A stretch of DNA of 51,376 nucleotides, taken from the NCBI GenBank assembly GCA_035380905.1, contig DAOSYC010000003.1, forward strand, positions 2,668 to 54,043, given 5' to 3'. The translations under genes and the position numbers were made by a program. Positions 35,267 to 45,249 of the stretch are shown one piece after another. The first letter of the stretch is position 1; each line of letters starts with the position of its first letter. This stretch comes from Spirochaetota bacterium. Its GTDB lineage: Bacteria; Spirochaetota; UBA4802; JAGODF01. The notes below the pieces were generated by a model. That model made no database searches. It had not been told where the DNA came from and saw nothing but the letters and a program-made list of their open reading frames with translations.

Positions 35267-36123
35267 AGGACCCCCCTGTCTGTAATGTCTATGATCATAT
35301 TATCAATTAAACGGGTATTGCCAAAATATGCTGCTATAGCGATTACCGATTTATTGTCTATCCGGGTGACGGGCTGAAGTGTCTGGTAGCTGACGCAGGA
35401 AATATAATCGATTGAGTCGGGGTTTCCTGTTTCAATGATTGCCCTCATCGCTGAGCAAACAGTATCAGCGTCCTGTTCCCCTGATTGTATTAATTCTGCT
35501 GCCTTTTGCAGTGCATTATATAATACAGGAGCATGTAACTTTTCTTTATCATTGAGGTGTTTGTTCCGGGAGCTCATTGCAAGGCCGGTATCTTCCCGAA
35601 ATATTTTTCCAATTATAATTTTTACAGGGAAATTGAGGTCAGACACCATTTTTTCAATACTTATAACCTGTTGAATATCTTTTTGTCCAAACACGGCGAT
35701 ATCCGGCTGAATAATATTAAACAGTTTTGATACAACAGTCAATACACCTCTGAAGTGCCCTGGCCTGTGAGCCCCGCAAAGGGTTTCTGTCAATGTGTTC
35801 ATATCTACAAACGTCAGAGGGTCGTTGTACATTTCATTGTCATCAGGGGAGAAAACCAGATCGACGCCTGAAGCCGCTGCAAGATCATAGTCCCTCTGCA
35901 GTTCCCGCGGATATGTTTCGAAATCTTTCATATCATTAAACTGCATTTTGTTAACAAATATGCTCATTACCTGAAAGCTGCTGTGTTGCCTGGATAATTC
36001 TACAAGGCTGAGATGCCCCTTGTGGAGATATCCCATGGTTGGAACAAAACCTATTGTTTTGCCGTTTTTTTTCGCGTTTTTTATATGATCACGAACTTCC
36101 TGTATTGTATGTACGATAATCAT
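35254..36123 (-). CDS. panC: pantoate--beta-alanine ligase
   Basis: GFVPTMGYLHKGHLSLV and FGQKDIQQ motifs, 289 aa. Confidence 0.92.
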   Translation of the reverse strand: MIIVHTIQEVRDHIKNAKKNGKTIGFVPTMGYLHKGHLSLVELSRQHSSFQVMSIFVNKMQFNDMKDFETYPRELQRDYDLAAASGVDLVFSPDDNEMYNDPLTFVDMNTLTETLCGAHRPGHFRGVLTVVSKLFNIIQPDIAVFGQKDIQQVISIEKMVSDLNFPVKIIIGKIFREDTGLAMSSRNKHLNDKEKLHAPVLYNALQKAAELIQSGEQDADTVCSAMRAIIETGNPDSIDYISCVSYQTLQPVTRIDNKSVIAIAAYFGNTRLIDNMIIDITDRGVLCVY

Positions 36124-36339
36124 GTGGTGCTCCTGCGAGAGTTTCTTTGAACCGAATATCGATTGATAATTGTAAAAGAATTATTGAAAGTGTATGGTTG
36201 AAAAATAATAATACAATGGATTCCGTCAATGTATTATTTTATGCTTTCTCAATGTTTTTCCGGTTTCAAATGGCCTGTATTATGCAGGAGAATAAAGTAG
36301 ATGCGAAGGGTTCATTGTGTATTCAACGTAACTGACAGC

Positions 36340-36375
36340 TCAATACTTTCTTCCGTGGTAGGATGAAAGTATTGA
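36340..36375. repeat. 11-bp perfect inverted repeat / hairpin TCAATACTTTC-N14-GAAAGTATTGA
   Basis: Arms at 36340-36350 and 36365-36375. No U-tract on either strand. It lies between the small ORF 36400-36606 and panC. Confidence 0.5.
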
Positions 36376-36399
36376 ACTACAGAGTGTACACAATAATAA

Positions 36400-36606
36400 T
36401 CAGCTGGTTCCGGTTTTTCCTGCTAATGGTATATAGTCATTGCAGTCCGGCATTATTAAATTTTTAACAGTGAGTATACTCTTAATAATTCTTTTTCCCC
36501 TGTATTGCCCGAGAATTGAGATTGCCTCCAGTTCGTTTTTTGCTTCTACCGTGAAGGACTCAATTTCCCCTCTTGAACCTCTTTTATACTCTATATTATA
36601 TATCAT
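36400..36606 (-). CDS. hypothetical small protein
   Basis: 68-aa ORF in a 640-bp sparsely coding gap. Weak RBS. A hairpin lies 25 nt downstream. Confidence 0.3.
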   Translation of the reverse strand: MIYNIEYKRGSRGEIESFTVEAKNELEAISILGQYRGKRIIKSILTVKNLIMPDCNDYIPLAGKTGTS

Positions 36607-36765
36607 GATGTATATCCATATTAAGTTTTTAATAACATATTGTACTACTAAAATAGTATACCATTTCTTTTACACATTGACAACTGATAAAAAATATTTT
36701 TTACAAATAAATTTTATCAGGAATATTTTATGTTATTCAGAGATACACCCAGGGGAGGGAGCTCG

Positions 36766-37632
36766 TTATAGTTTCTTTGCAGATATGATCATCATGTCGC
36801 CGGCTTTGAAACGTTTTACAACACTGTCGGCTATTCGTTTTATAAATGATCCGGGTGCGCCAATGCCGCTTCCGTATGTCACATATCTCTCAATGGTAAA
36901 TCCGTGAGCTGCGAGTAATTGAGCAAGTGTACGGTGCGAAAAAAAGTATAAGTGTTCCGGGAAATTGTAAAAACGCCACTTCTTTCTGAAAAGTTTCATC
37001 GCATTTACTCCCCCGACCCGGCATGTAGATATATAAAGGCGCCCGTTTTCGTGGAGGTCATTATATGCTTTTTCAATTACACGCTGGGGATTGTGGAGGT
37101 GCTCAATGGATGCCCAAAGTGTTATAAGATGAAACTTTTCAGAATAGTCTGTAACGAGGTAGTCATTACATTCGGTTTTTAGCTTTAGTGCATCCCGAGA
37201 GAAGGAAATACAGTCGCTTGATATATCAATCCCTTCTGCATCCCAGCCGCGGTTTGCCAGATAGGCAACAAAATATCCTGCGGCACAACCAATATCAAGA
37301 CTGTGTTTGCTGCCATCCAGGCTTTTTTCATAATTGAAAAAATCAAGATCAGTGAGGTTAAGAGTAAAAACCCGCTCAATTTCATTACGGATTTCCGGCG
37401 AAAAATAATTGTTATAACCACGGTCAGTTCTTTCGGTGAAGTATGAATTGCTGTAGTACCTGGTCATCATTTCTTCAGAAGGGCGTGGTGATACATACTG
37501 AAGACCGCATCCATTACAACGGACAAGAGTAAAAATTTCTCCTGCGGGAGATTTCTTCTGAAAGAGAATTCTTTCTTCCGAGGGGCCGCAGAGGATACAG
37601 TTGGGTTTTTCTAAAAATGGGTTGTTATTCAT
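36766..37632 (-). CDS. class I SAM-dependent methyltransferase with an N-terminal zinc-ribbon
   Basis: CILCG...CNGCG Cys4 ribbon followed by motif I SLDIGCAAGYF. Confidence 0.75.
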   Translation of the reverse strand: MNNNPFLEKPNCILCGPSEERILFQKKSPAGEIFTLVRCNGCGLQYVSPRPSEEMMTRYYSNSYFTERTDRGYNNYFSPEIRNEIERVFTLNLTDLDFFNYEKSLDGSKHSLDIGCAAGYFVAYLANRGWDAEGIDISSDCISFSRDALKLKTECNDYLVTDYSEKFHLITLWASIEHLHNPQRVIEKAYNDLHENGRLYISTCRVGGVNAMKLFRKKWRFYNFPEHLYFFSHRTLAQLLAAHGFTIERYVTYGSGIGAPGSFIKRIADSVVKRFKAGDMMIISAKKL

Positions 37633-37847
37633 TATGTGCCGGAAATTATTTTATTCTATGTCAATTCACAACTATGCAGGATTTATGGAATAATGTCAAA
37701 TTATTTCTCTTGTAAGGGAAATGTTGCCAGACTGGTATATGTGAATTGGTTTTGTCGAAAGAAAGGGGTATAATTTTTTATTTACTTTTTTTCATAGTAT
37801 CGTACAATAAAGAATAAATGAATGAACCGGGCAGGGTTTGATAAGAA

Positions 37848-38915
37848 ATGGGGAATGATATAGCAGTATCCAGAAAAGTAATTGTTATTACTGAAAATAA
37901 ACGTATCCTTATGAGTTTGCGTAACGCATTTGTAAAGCGGGACCTGGAAATTGAAACACGATTTCTGAACTTAACATCGCTTTCTATAATCAGAAAAGTA
38001 GTCGCGAATGTAAAGAATACCTCCCCGATCAGAACCGAATTGTTTAAATTTATTAGAGAGGTCGGTATTCCATACTCAATTGTCATCGATTATGAAATTG
38101 ATCTTAAACTTGATGCCGCGCTGGATCCTGACAGAAAAAAACTATTACGGACATTGCTGATATCCCATGTTATTCTATCACGGGGTAAAGGTTTTGAGTT
38201 GTTACGTGGCAACTTCCTCATTCTTGCGGATGACCGGCATTATGACAGTATTAAACAATATGAGGACATGCCGATACGCATCCTGGATCTGCTGAACACC
38301 AAAAATGATGTGGTGAATTCATTTATTAAAGAACTTCGTGAGAATCCTGTACTTTTTAACCGTATTTTCTACTTTAAAGTCATAAATGTAAATGCACCAC
38401 CTGATGTGTTTCAGGATGAGATGAATGAATACCTGAATAAGGTTGAAGAAAGAGTAAAACAGGGGGTCTTTTTAAAGGGGGGCAATCAGGCATCAGTCAT
38501 TCATGATACAGCTGATGCGGGTAGTGTAGTTTTCAGGGTTGATCAGGAAAATGTGTTTATAGATGGTGAGGAAAGAAAACTTTCCGGGAATCAGGACTAT
38601 GAGAATATACCGGTGAATGAAATACATATTGTGGGTTCATGGACAAGCCGGAATAAAATGGAAGTGGGTAAGAAGCTCAATGCAATGATACTCAACCTGC
38701 AAAACAGGGATATTATCAATTCGGGAAAACGGATAGTGCTTGCTGTGGGTGAAAAATGTGTCGTTGACGGTTCCACCGCCTCATCTCTTGCGCAGTTGCT
38801 GATTCAGGATTTGAAAAATTATACCAATATAAAACTGAAAGTCTGTGATAAAAGCATCAAGATTCTTGAAAACTCAAAAGGATTCAGTATGATACGGGAA
38901 TACTTAACGTATTGA
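37848..38915 (+). CDS. hypothetical protein with a C-terminal STAS-like (anti-sigma antagonist-like) region
   Basis: The last ~95 aa (IHIVGSWTSRNKMEVGKKL...RIVLAVGEKCVVDGSTASSLAQLL...KLKVCDKSIKILENSKGF) follow the SpoIIAA/STAS pattern, including a DGS at the phosphorylatable-Ser position. The N-terminal two-thirds are unassigned. Confidence 0.45.
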   Translation: MGNDIAVSRKVIVITENKRILMSLRNAFVKRDLEIETRFLNLTSLSIIRKVVANVKNTSPIRTELFKFIREVGIPYSIVIDYEIDLKLDAALDPDRKKLLRTLLISHVILSRGKGFELLRGNFLILADDRHYDSIKQYEDMPIRILDLLNTKNDVVNSFIKELRENPVLFNRIFYFKVINVNAPPDVFQDEMNEYLNKVEERVKQGVFLKGGNQASVIHDTADAGSVVFRVDQENVFIDGEERKLSGNQDYENIPVNEIHIVGSWTSRNKMEVGKKLNAMILNLQNRDIINSGKRIVLAVGEKCVVDGSTASSLAQLLIQDLKNYTNIKLKVCDKSIKILENSKGFSMIREYLTY

Positions 38916-38917
38916 GT

Positions 38918-41900
38918 TCAGCTGCACCCTTTCAGTGAATAACGTATTGCATTATATCCGATAATATGGGATATTTCTTTTATGAGTACATCGTTCGGTG
39001 CAATATTATATGCGTGATGTGTGAGTATCGTTGTTGCGTTTCCTTTGCTGTCGTCCACATGAAAATACACCGGACAATCTCCGCTGTGTCCCATCAATGC
39101 AGATTTGAGCTTCGAAAGTATTTGTGTATCTGTTCCAACCGAATCGAGGGTAATGTGCAACGCTGTAATTGAATTGAGGCGGATTTCCCGCAATGACTGG
39201 ACTTCTTTTACGATTATTTTTTTTGCTGCTTCATTTTCAATCTCAACCTTTCCGGTGAGCATAACGGGTTCGTCCATGGTGATGTAATGTTCATATTTTT
39301 CATAGGTGGCGGGAAAGAAAACAGCCTCTATGGTTCCCTCCATGTCTTCCACCATCCCGATTGCGAATTTCTTTCCATTTTTCGAAATACGGACCTTCAG
39401 ATTATATATGATTCCCACGATGGAAATACTTTCATTATTTGTTTGTTCACTGAGATCGGGTATTGAAATGCAGGAAAAGGATTGAATTTCCTGCTCATAT
39501 CTCGCAAGCGGATGACCTGTGATATAAAGCCCCAGGACTTCTTTTTCGTATTGAAGCTTTTCATTGTCATGCCAGCTTCTAACATGTGACAGTTCATATG
39601 GTGAACTGTATGCATCATCCCCTGGTTCTGCCGTATCAAAAAGGCTCCCCTGTCCGGATAGTTTATCCTGCTGCTGTTTTTTGGCTGTTTCAAGAAGCAG
39701 GTCTATGTTGGCACAAAGCTGAGCCCTGTTCGCATGAACTGAATCAAGGGCGCCGGCTTTAATGAGGGACTCCATTGCGCCTTTATTGACGCTGAAAATA
39801 TCTATATTTTCAAGGAAATCAGACAGCGTTGCGAAAGATTTCATCTCCTTCCGCGCATGGATTATTGAGTCAATAGCTTTTTCACCGATGCCTTTTATCG
39901 CGTTAAGTCCGAACCTGATGGTATTATTTTCTATGGTAAAATCATATTCGCTGTAGTTAATATCAGGAGGAAGAATCGGTATTGCATTGGCACGGCAGTC
40001 ATTCACATATTTCGTTATGTCGTCAGGGTCTTTCATCGCGGAAAGGAGCGCGCACATGTATTCTACCGGATAATGCGCTTTGAGGTATGCGGTCTGATAT
40101 GAGATGATTGCATATGCTGCGGAGTGTGATTTGTTGAAGCCATACCGCGCAAATTTTTCAATGAGGCCGAAAATCTCCCTGGCAATTTTTTCACTTATGT
40201 TGTTTTCAATTGCCCCTTTGATGAACTTCTCTTCCATGTCTTTAATAATTTCGAATATCTTCTTACCCATTGCTTTTCTGAGCTTGTCAGCTTCGGCAAG
40301 AGAGAACTTCGCCATATGCTGAGCTATGAGCATTACCTGTTCCTGGTAGACGATAACGCCGAGGGTATCTTTTAAAATAGGCTCCAGTATAGGGTGAAGA
40401 TATTTAACTTTGGAGGGGTTTCTTTTTCGTGTTATGAATTCGTCTACCATTCCGGAGTCAAGAGGACCGGGCCGGTACAATGCGTTAATAGCGATGATAT
40501 CTTCAATAACTGTGGGGCCCAGTTTACGCAGTATGTTCTGCATGCCCCCGCTTTCAAGCTGGAATACGCCTTTTGTATTTGCTGCCCGGAGAAGATCAAA
40601 GGTTTGCTCGTCATCAAGTGTCAGGTTATCAATGTCGATATCGACACCCTTGTGTTTTTTTATCAGTTTCAGGCATTTATCAATAATGGTAAGGTTTTTC
40701 AGGCCAAGGAAGTCCATTTTGACAAGGCCGGCTTTCTCGAGGCTGTTTTTTTCAAACTGTGAAGAAACACTTCCGTCTTTGGTGTCCCGATAAAGGGGGG
40801 CGTATTCCGTAAGGGGTTCTCTTGATATAACTACACCCGCTGCATGCTTCCCCGCCGACCTCGTTAGTCCTTCAAGGGTCAACGAGATATCGATAACCAT
40901 TTTACCCTTTTCTGTTTCATTGTATATCTTTTTCAGATCATCGGAGGTGTTCAGTTCCTCCTTCAGGGATGATTCGGAAATATGCTTGCTGATAATGTTC
41001 GCGTCTGCAAAAGGTATGCGGAATACCCGCGCGACATCCTTAATAACCGCCTTTGCCTTCATTTTGTTGAAGGTAATAATCTGGCTTACATGGTCTTTTC
41101 CGTATTTTTCTTTCACATAGTCAATGACTTCCTCCCGGCGGATCGCGCAGAAGTCAATGTCCATATCAGGCATTTCATTCCGGTCGGGATTAAGGAAACG
41201 CTCAAAGAGCAGATTGTAGGCAATGGGATTCAGGCTTGTAATACCGAGGCAGTAGGATACCATGGAGCCTGCTGCCGAACCCCGGCCGGGACCTACGGGG
41301 ATATTTTCTCTCTTCGCATAATTGATAAAATCCCAGACAATAAGAAAGTATCCGGAGAACTTCATTGATGTTATCACTGTTAATTCATAGTCAATGCGCT
41401 GCATCACTTCGTCCGGTACAACACTTCCGAAACGTATTTTTGCCCCTTCTATGACAAGGTGGCGAAGATATGAATCAAGCGTAAATCCTTCAGGAACAGA
41501 AAAGTGGGGCAGTATCGCGTTACCCAGGTCAAGTTCGAGGTCAATCATGTCGCAGATGCGCGTGGTATTGTAAATAGCGTCCGGGACTTCGCTGAATAAT
41601 GATATCATTTCTTCAGCGGATTTGAAGTAGAACTCGGTTGTGGGGAAACGCATCCTGTTTTCATCGTCGATATATTTTCCGGTCTGAATGCATAACAGGA
41701 CTTCGTGGGAATAGGCATCCTCTTTGTTGAGATAATGGCAGTCGTTTGTGGCGATAAGGGGGATGCCGGTTTGTCCGGAAATTTCAAGAAGGGCCTTGTT
41801 CACCGTAATCTGTTCAGGAATGCCATGGTCCTGCAGTTCGAGGTAGTAATTATCCTTTCCAAAAAGGTCCCTGTAGGCACATGCTGACTGCAGGGCTTCA

Positions 41901-42361
41901 TCCATCCGTCCCTTGAGTATCAGAATGGGGATTTCGCCACCGATACAGGCGGAAGAACAAATCAGCCCTTTACTGTGTTGTGAAAGTACTTCGAAATCAA
42001 TTCTTGGTTTGTAGTAAAATCCTTCAAGATAGCCGATAGATGACAGCTTTATAAGGTTTTTGTATCCTTCCATATTTTTCGCAAGGAGAATAAGGTGGTG
42101 AGCATTCTCCTTGCCGCTTGATTTGGCCTCGCGGTCGAACCTGGATTTCGGGGCGACGTAGAACTCCTGGCCGATAATCGGTTTTATTCCCCTGGATTTT
42201 GCTTTCTGATAGAATTCTATCGCGCCGAACATGTTGCCGTGGTCGGTCAGGGCCACACCGGGCATTCCCAGATCAGAGGCCTTATCGATCATTTTATCAA
42301 CAGTGATGGTGCCGTCCAGGATCGAGTAGTCGGAATGGTTGTGGAGATGTACAAAATTCAT
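38918..42361 (-). CDS. dnaE: DNA polymerase III alpha subunit
   Basis: PHP domain MNFVHLHNHSDYSILDG. Polymerase core GPGRGSAAGSMVSYCLGITSLNP and FNKSHSAAYA. 1147 aa. Confidence 0.95.
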   Translation of the reverse strand: MNFVHLHNHSDYSILDGTITVDKMIDKASDLGMPGVALTDHGNMFGAIEFYQKAKSRGIKPIIGQEFYVAPKSRFDREAKSSGKENAHHLILLAKNMEGYKNLIKLSSIGYLEGFYYKPRIDFEVLSQHSKGLICSSACIGGEIPILILKGRMDEALQSACAYRDLFGKDNYYLELQDHGIPEQITVNKALLEISGQTGIPLIATNDCHYLNKEDAYSHEVLLCIQTGKYIDDENRMRFPTTEFYFKSAEEMISLFSEVPDAIYNTTRICDMIDLELDLGNAILPHFSVPEGFTLDSYLRHLVIEGAKIRFGSVVPDEVMQRIDYELTVITSMKFSGYFLIVWDFINYAKRENIPVGPGRGSAAGSMVSYCLGITSLNPIAYNLLFERFLNPDRNEMPDMDIDFCAIRREEVIDYVKEKYGKDHVSQIITFNKMKAKAVIKDVARVFRIPFADANIISKHISESSLKEELNTSDDLKKIYNETEKGKMVIDISLTLEGLTRSAGKHAAGVVISREPLTEYAPLYRDTKDGSVSSQFEKNSLEKAGLVKMDFLGLKNLTIIDKCLKLIKKHKGVDIDIDNLTLDDEQTFDLLRAANTKGVFQLESGGMQNILRKLGPTVIEDIIAINALYRPGPLDSGMVDEFITRKRNPSKVKYLHPILEPILKDTLGVIVYQEQVMLIAQHMAKFSLAEADKLRKAMGKKIFEIIKDMEEKFIKGAIENNISEKIAREIFGLIEKFARYGFNKSHSAAYAIISYQTAYLKAHYPVEYMCALLSAMKDPDDITKYVNDCRANAIPILPPDINYSEYDFTIENNTIRFGLNAIKGIGEKAIDSIIHARKEMKSFATLSDFLENIDIFSVNKGAMESLIKAGALDSVHANRAQLCANIDLLLETAKKQQQDKLSGQGSLFDTAEPGDDAYSSPYELSHVRSWHDNEKLQYEKEVLGLYITGHPLARYEQEIQSFSCISIPDLSEQTNNESISIVGIIYNLKVRISKNGKKFAIGMVEDMEGTIEAVFFPATYEKYEHYITMDEPVMLTGKVEIENEAAKKIIVKEVQSLREIRLNSITALHITLDSVGTDTQILSKLKSALMGHSGDCPVYFHVDDSKGNATTILTHHAYNIAPNDVLIKEISHIIGYNAIRYSLKGCS

Positions 42362-42588
42362 AGGGATACCTTACCATGATGGGACATAATTGCAAGAAAT
42401 AATAGTACCATTTCAAAAAAAGAGGGCGATTTTTGTGAGCATACTGCAGGCGTACACACAGGGTTTTTGCCGACACTCTTTGAGATGGTGCAAATAATAA
42501 TTGAAAAAGATGTAAATTTCGCTGTTAAATTTATTGAAGAATTTGTATCATTGACTCACGATGGATGTACTTTCACCATTAAAAATAT

Positions 42589-43695
42589 ATGAAAAGAAAA
42601 TATCTGACAATAACTGTAATATTCCTGCTGGCGGCAGTAATGTGCCTTGCACCTTCAGTGTTGATGGCTGACATTCATGGTAATGAGCATATAAGCGCGT
42701 CGGGATATCATCTGAACCTTATTAATATCAGGAACACAAACGGTAAGTTCTATGCCTATATTGTGCTCCTTTTTAATGAAAACCCTCATTTTGTCAATTT
42801 AATTCAGGAAGGAACAGTATCCCTTAAAGAAATGCAGAAGGAAGGGTTTCATGTGGTGGCATACCGGAATTATCTTAAATCCCTGAATAATCAGCAGTAT
42901 AAAAAATTTGCTGATCTCATGTTTGATGTGTACCTGTATCCGGAAAAGTTTAACAGAAGGAAGCTGAAAACAATTGAAAAAAAGCTGGAGCGGAAAAATA
43001 TCATACTGCGGTTTTCACGAAGCAGCCGCAGGCAGTCGGAAAAAATTATTCTCGATTACTGTATTTTCGGGAAAAAAGAGCTTCTCAGTATCGCCCATCC
43101 GCTTTTTCAGAAAAAAGAGAAGATTTACAACATACAGCCCTTTATTTATTACGATGAATTTTCTACAAGTAACTCTACCTTTTATTTTGACATGGTCTAT
43201 ATCAACCCGGAAGAAGTGTACAATGACCTTGTCATCGCGAAACGTGTAATGATGGGTAAAAATGTGGATTCCATGTTCTTTGTGGGGTCGCGCGTTACGG
43301 AAGACATTAAATATTGTCTCAGGAGGGCTTTCCCGAATATACTGTCGATAAAACGGGAAATATGGAAGATGTTTGTGGTGCATGAACTTACGCACAAGAT
43401 TTTAAATAATCACTATAACTATTATGACCAGATATCAGGTGAGGAGCTCGCGCTCTGCAGTACGATTTATTTGAACCCGTATCTTGGTTTGTCAGTGCTG
43501 TACAGTTACCTGGATTACAGTGTCACGAACCCCCACAGAAATGCAGCCCTTAATATTATACGGTATATTGCAGAGGTGAGTGATAAAGAAAATCTGGTAG
43601 AGTATCAGTCTCTTCTGAAATATATGCCCGCCGGCATGCTGACGAAATTCGCGAAAGACCGTTTTGATATTCTCCTGCGGAACCTGAACAGATGA
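42589..43695 (+). CDS. hypothetical secreted protein with an HExxH motif (possible zinc metallopeptidase)
   Basis: Signal peptide (LTITVIFLLAAVMCLAPSVLMA). One HExxH motif (VVHELTHKI). I recognise no family. Confidence 0.45.
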   Translation: MKRKYLTITVIFLLAAVMCLAPSVLMADIHGNEHISASGYHLNLINIRNTNGKFYAYIVLLFNENPHFVNLIQEGTVSLKEMQKEGFHVVAYRNYLKSLNNQQYKKFADLMFDVYLYPEKFNRRKLKTIEKKLERKNIILRFSRSSRRQSEKIILDYCIFGKKELLSIAHPLFQKKEKIYNIQPFIYYDEFSTSNSTFYFDMVYINPEEVYNDLVIAKRVMMGKNVDSMFFVGSRVTEDIKYCLRRAFPNILSIKREIWKMFVVHELTHKILNNHYNYYDQISGEELALCSTIYLNPYLGLSVLYSYLDYSVTNPHRNAALNIIRYIAEVSDKENLVEYQSLLKYMPAGMLTKFAKDRFDILLRNLNR

Positions 43696-43728
43696 TGTAC
43701 GCGGCACCGATGATTGTTTCCGCTGCTC

Positions 43729-44898
43729 TCAGAACCTCAGTCTGACGGGCTCCTTGATTTTCAATGAATTATAGCCGGCCTGTTCGTCCCCGGTAAAGGC
43801 GTTTACTGTTATCTGCTTCAGGATATGCTCGTAATTGTCCCGTGTGCCATATATCATTCCCTCAATTTCCTCCCATATGTTGCCGATATGCATGGAGCAT
43901 TCCCTGAGAATATCCTCAATGGAATCGTAACGGGTTCCCGGTAATCCTGCCGGATGGACCCATCGCGCGCGGTGATGATTCAGCACATGCCTGTTCAGCT
44001 GCCGTGGTTCGGGGTACCGGACAAGCAGATCAAGATATACAAAACGGTTTCTCATGAAACTCTGCATTATTTTTTTCAGCCGTTCGTTCCTGGTATGCTT
44101 AAGGCGATAGGTGAGTTTAATCAGATAACTGCTGAAGTCAATGAAGCCGAGACTTTTGGAAAACGTGGTGTCGCTGCTGCCCCCCTTTTTCCATACAAAT
44201 CTTTTGCAGTAGTGGGGAAACACTTCATGCAGTGAACCGAGGAGTATATCTTTCACCGCACTGTCAAAACCTTTATAGCCAAAACCTCCTTTTACGGGAA
44301 GCATCAATTCCAGATCATATGTAAATTTGCCTTCCTTGTAATAATGCAGAAAAAAATTATCTATATTATACTCAAAAAGAAGGTTTTGTTCACGGTACAT
44401 CGCGGCCTCGCGCCTTTTCCGGGAATCAGGAAAGCCGGACCAGTAGAGCATGAACGGATGAAAGTGGGCATCTGCGATTATATGTGATATGAAACCATAC
44501 AGGTAGGCGCGCTGGGTCGATGCCCATTCGGTATTGAAATCAGAATGCGCCATGGTCTTGTCGAGCATCGCGCTCAATAATTCAGCACTGCCTCCGTCAT
44601 GGAGCATAAAAGAGAGCCGGGAGCCCTGTGAACGGTTACGCCGGAATGGGGTATAGTCGAAAATGTTCGGGCCTATGGTGCCGAAAAGCGCGGCGCGTTT
44701 ATAATACTCGGTGCTGAAAAGTGTTTCAATGGAAGTGGAAAGAAATGTACGGTTTTTCTTTTTTTTGAGGTATTCCACTGCCTCATGAAATATAAAGTTA
44801 TGTGTTACTATTCCGGGCATTGTACTCGCTTTTTTTAGTAGGATAAAAATTGTGTATCGAAACGTGAATAAAAAGTCAATAGTTATTTGCGTGAGCAC
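43729..44898 (-). CDS. zinc-dependent phospholipase C-like family protein
   Basis: MPGIVTHNFIFHEA near the N-terminus and FISHIIADAHFHPF resemble the Zn-dependent PLC fold family. The real start is probably the internal ATG at 44820 (MPGIV...). Confidence 0.5.
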   Translation of the reverse strand: MLTQITIDFLFTFRYTIFILLKKASTMPGIVTHNFIFHEAVEYLKKKKNRTFLSTSIETLFSTEYYKRAALFGTIGPNIFDYTPFRRNRSQGSRLSFMLHDGGSAELLSAMLDKTMAHSDFNTEWASTQRAYLYGFISHIIADAHFHPFMLYWSGFPDSRKRREAAMYREQNLLFEYNIDNFFLHYYKEGKFTYDLELMLPVKGGFGYKGFDSAVKDILLGSLHEVFPHYCKRFVWKKGGSSDTTFSKSLGFIDFSSYLIKLTYRLKHTRNERLKKIMQSFMRNRFVYLDLLVRYPEPRQLNRHVLNHHRARWVHPAGLPGTRYDSIEDILRECSMHIGNIWEEIEGMIYGTRDNYEHILKQITVNAFTGDEQAGYNSLKIKEPVRLRF

Positions 44899-45008
44899 AA
44901 AGGCATATCACGAAATATCGCAGGTGTTGTGGTTACGGGTATTCTTGTTGACAATCCGGTTCCCCGGGTTCATACTCGCAATATTACGGTATACACAGGA
45001 GATATCAC

Positions 45009-45242
45009 ATGAAAAAATATTCACTCAGTATTGCTGTTTTTTTGATGCTGGCCAGTACGGTTGTTTTTGCAAATATCACAATAATGGGGAAACACCGCGG
45101 GAAAACAAAAAACGGTAACATGATTAATTGTACATACTGTCATACGCAGTCAAAAGTACCAAAAGCAAAAGGGGGGTATCCAATAAGCAAAACAAACAGG
45201 AATCCTTCATGCCAGGGACGAGGATGTCATCCGGTCAGATGA
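45009..45242 (+). CDS. small secreted protein with CXXCH and CX4CH motifs (possible dihaem c-type cytochrome)
   Basis: AGGAGA RBS 8 nt upstream. Signal peptide MKKYSLSIAVFLMLASTVVFA. Motifs CTYCH and CQGRGCH. A strong hairpin terminator directly follows. Confidence 0.45.
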   Translation: MKKYSLSIAVFLMLASTVVFANITIMGKHRGKTKNGNMINCTYCHTQSKVPKAKGGYPISKTNRNPSCQGRGCHPVR

Positions 45243-45249
45243 CGGCACA

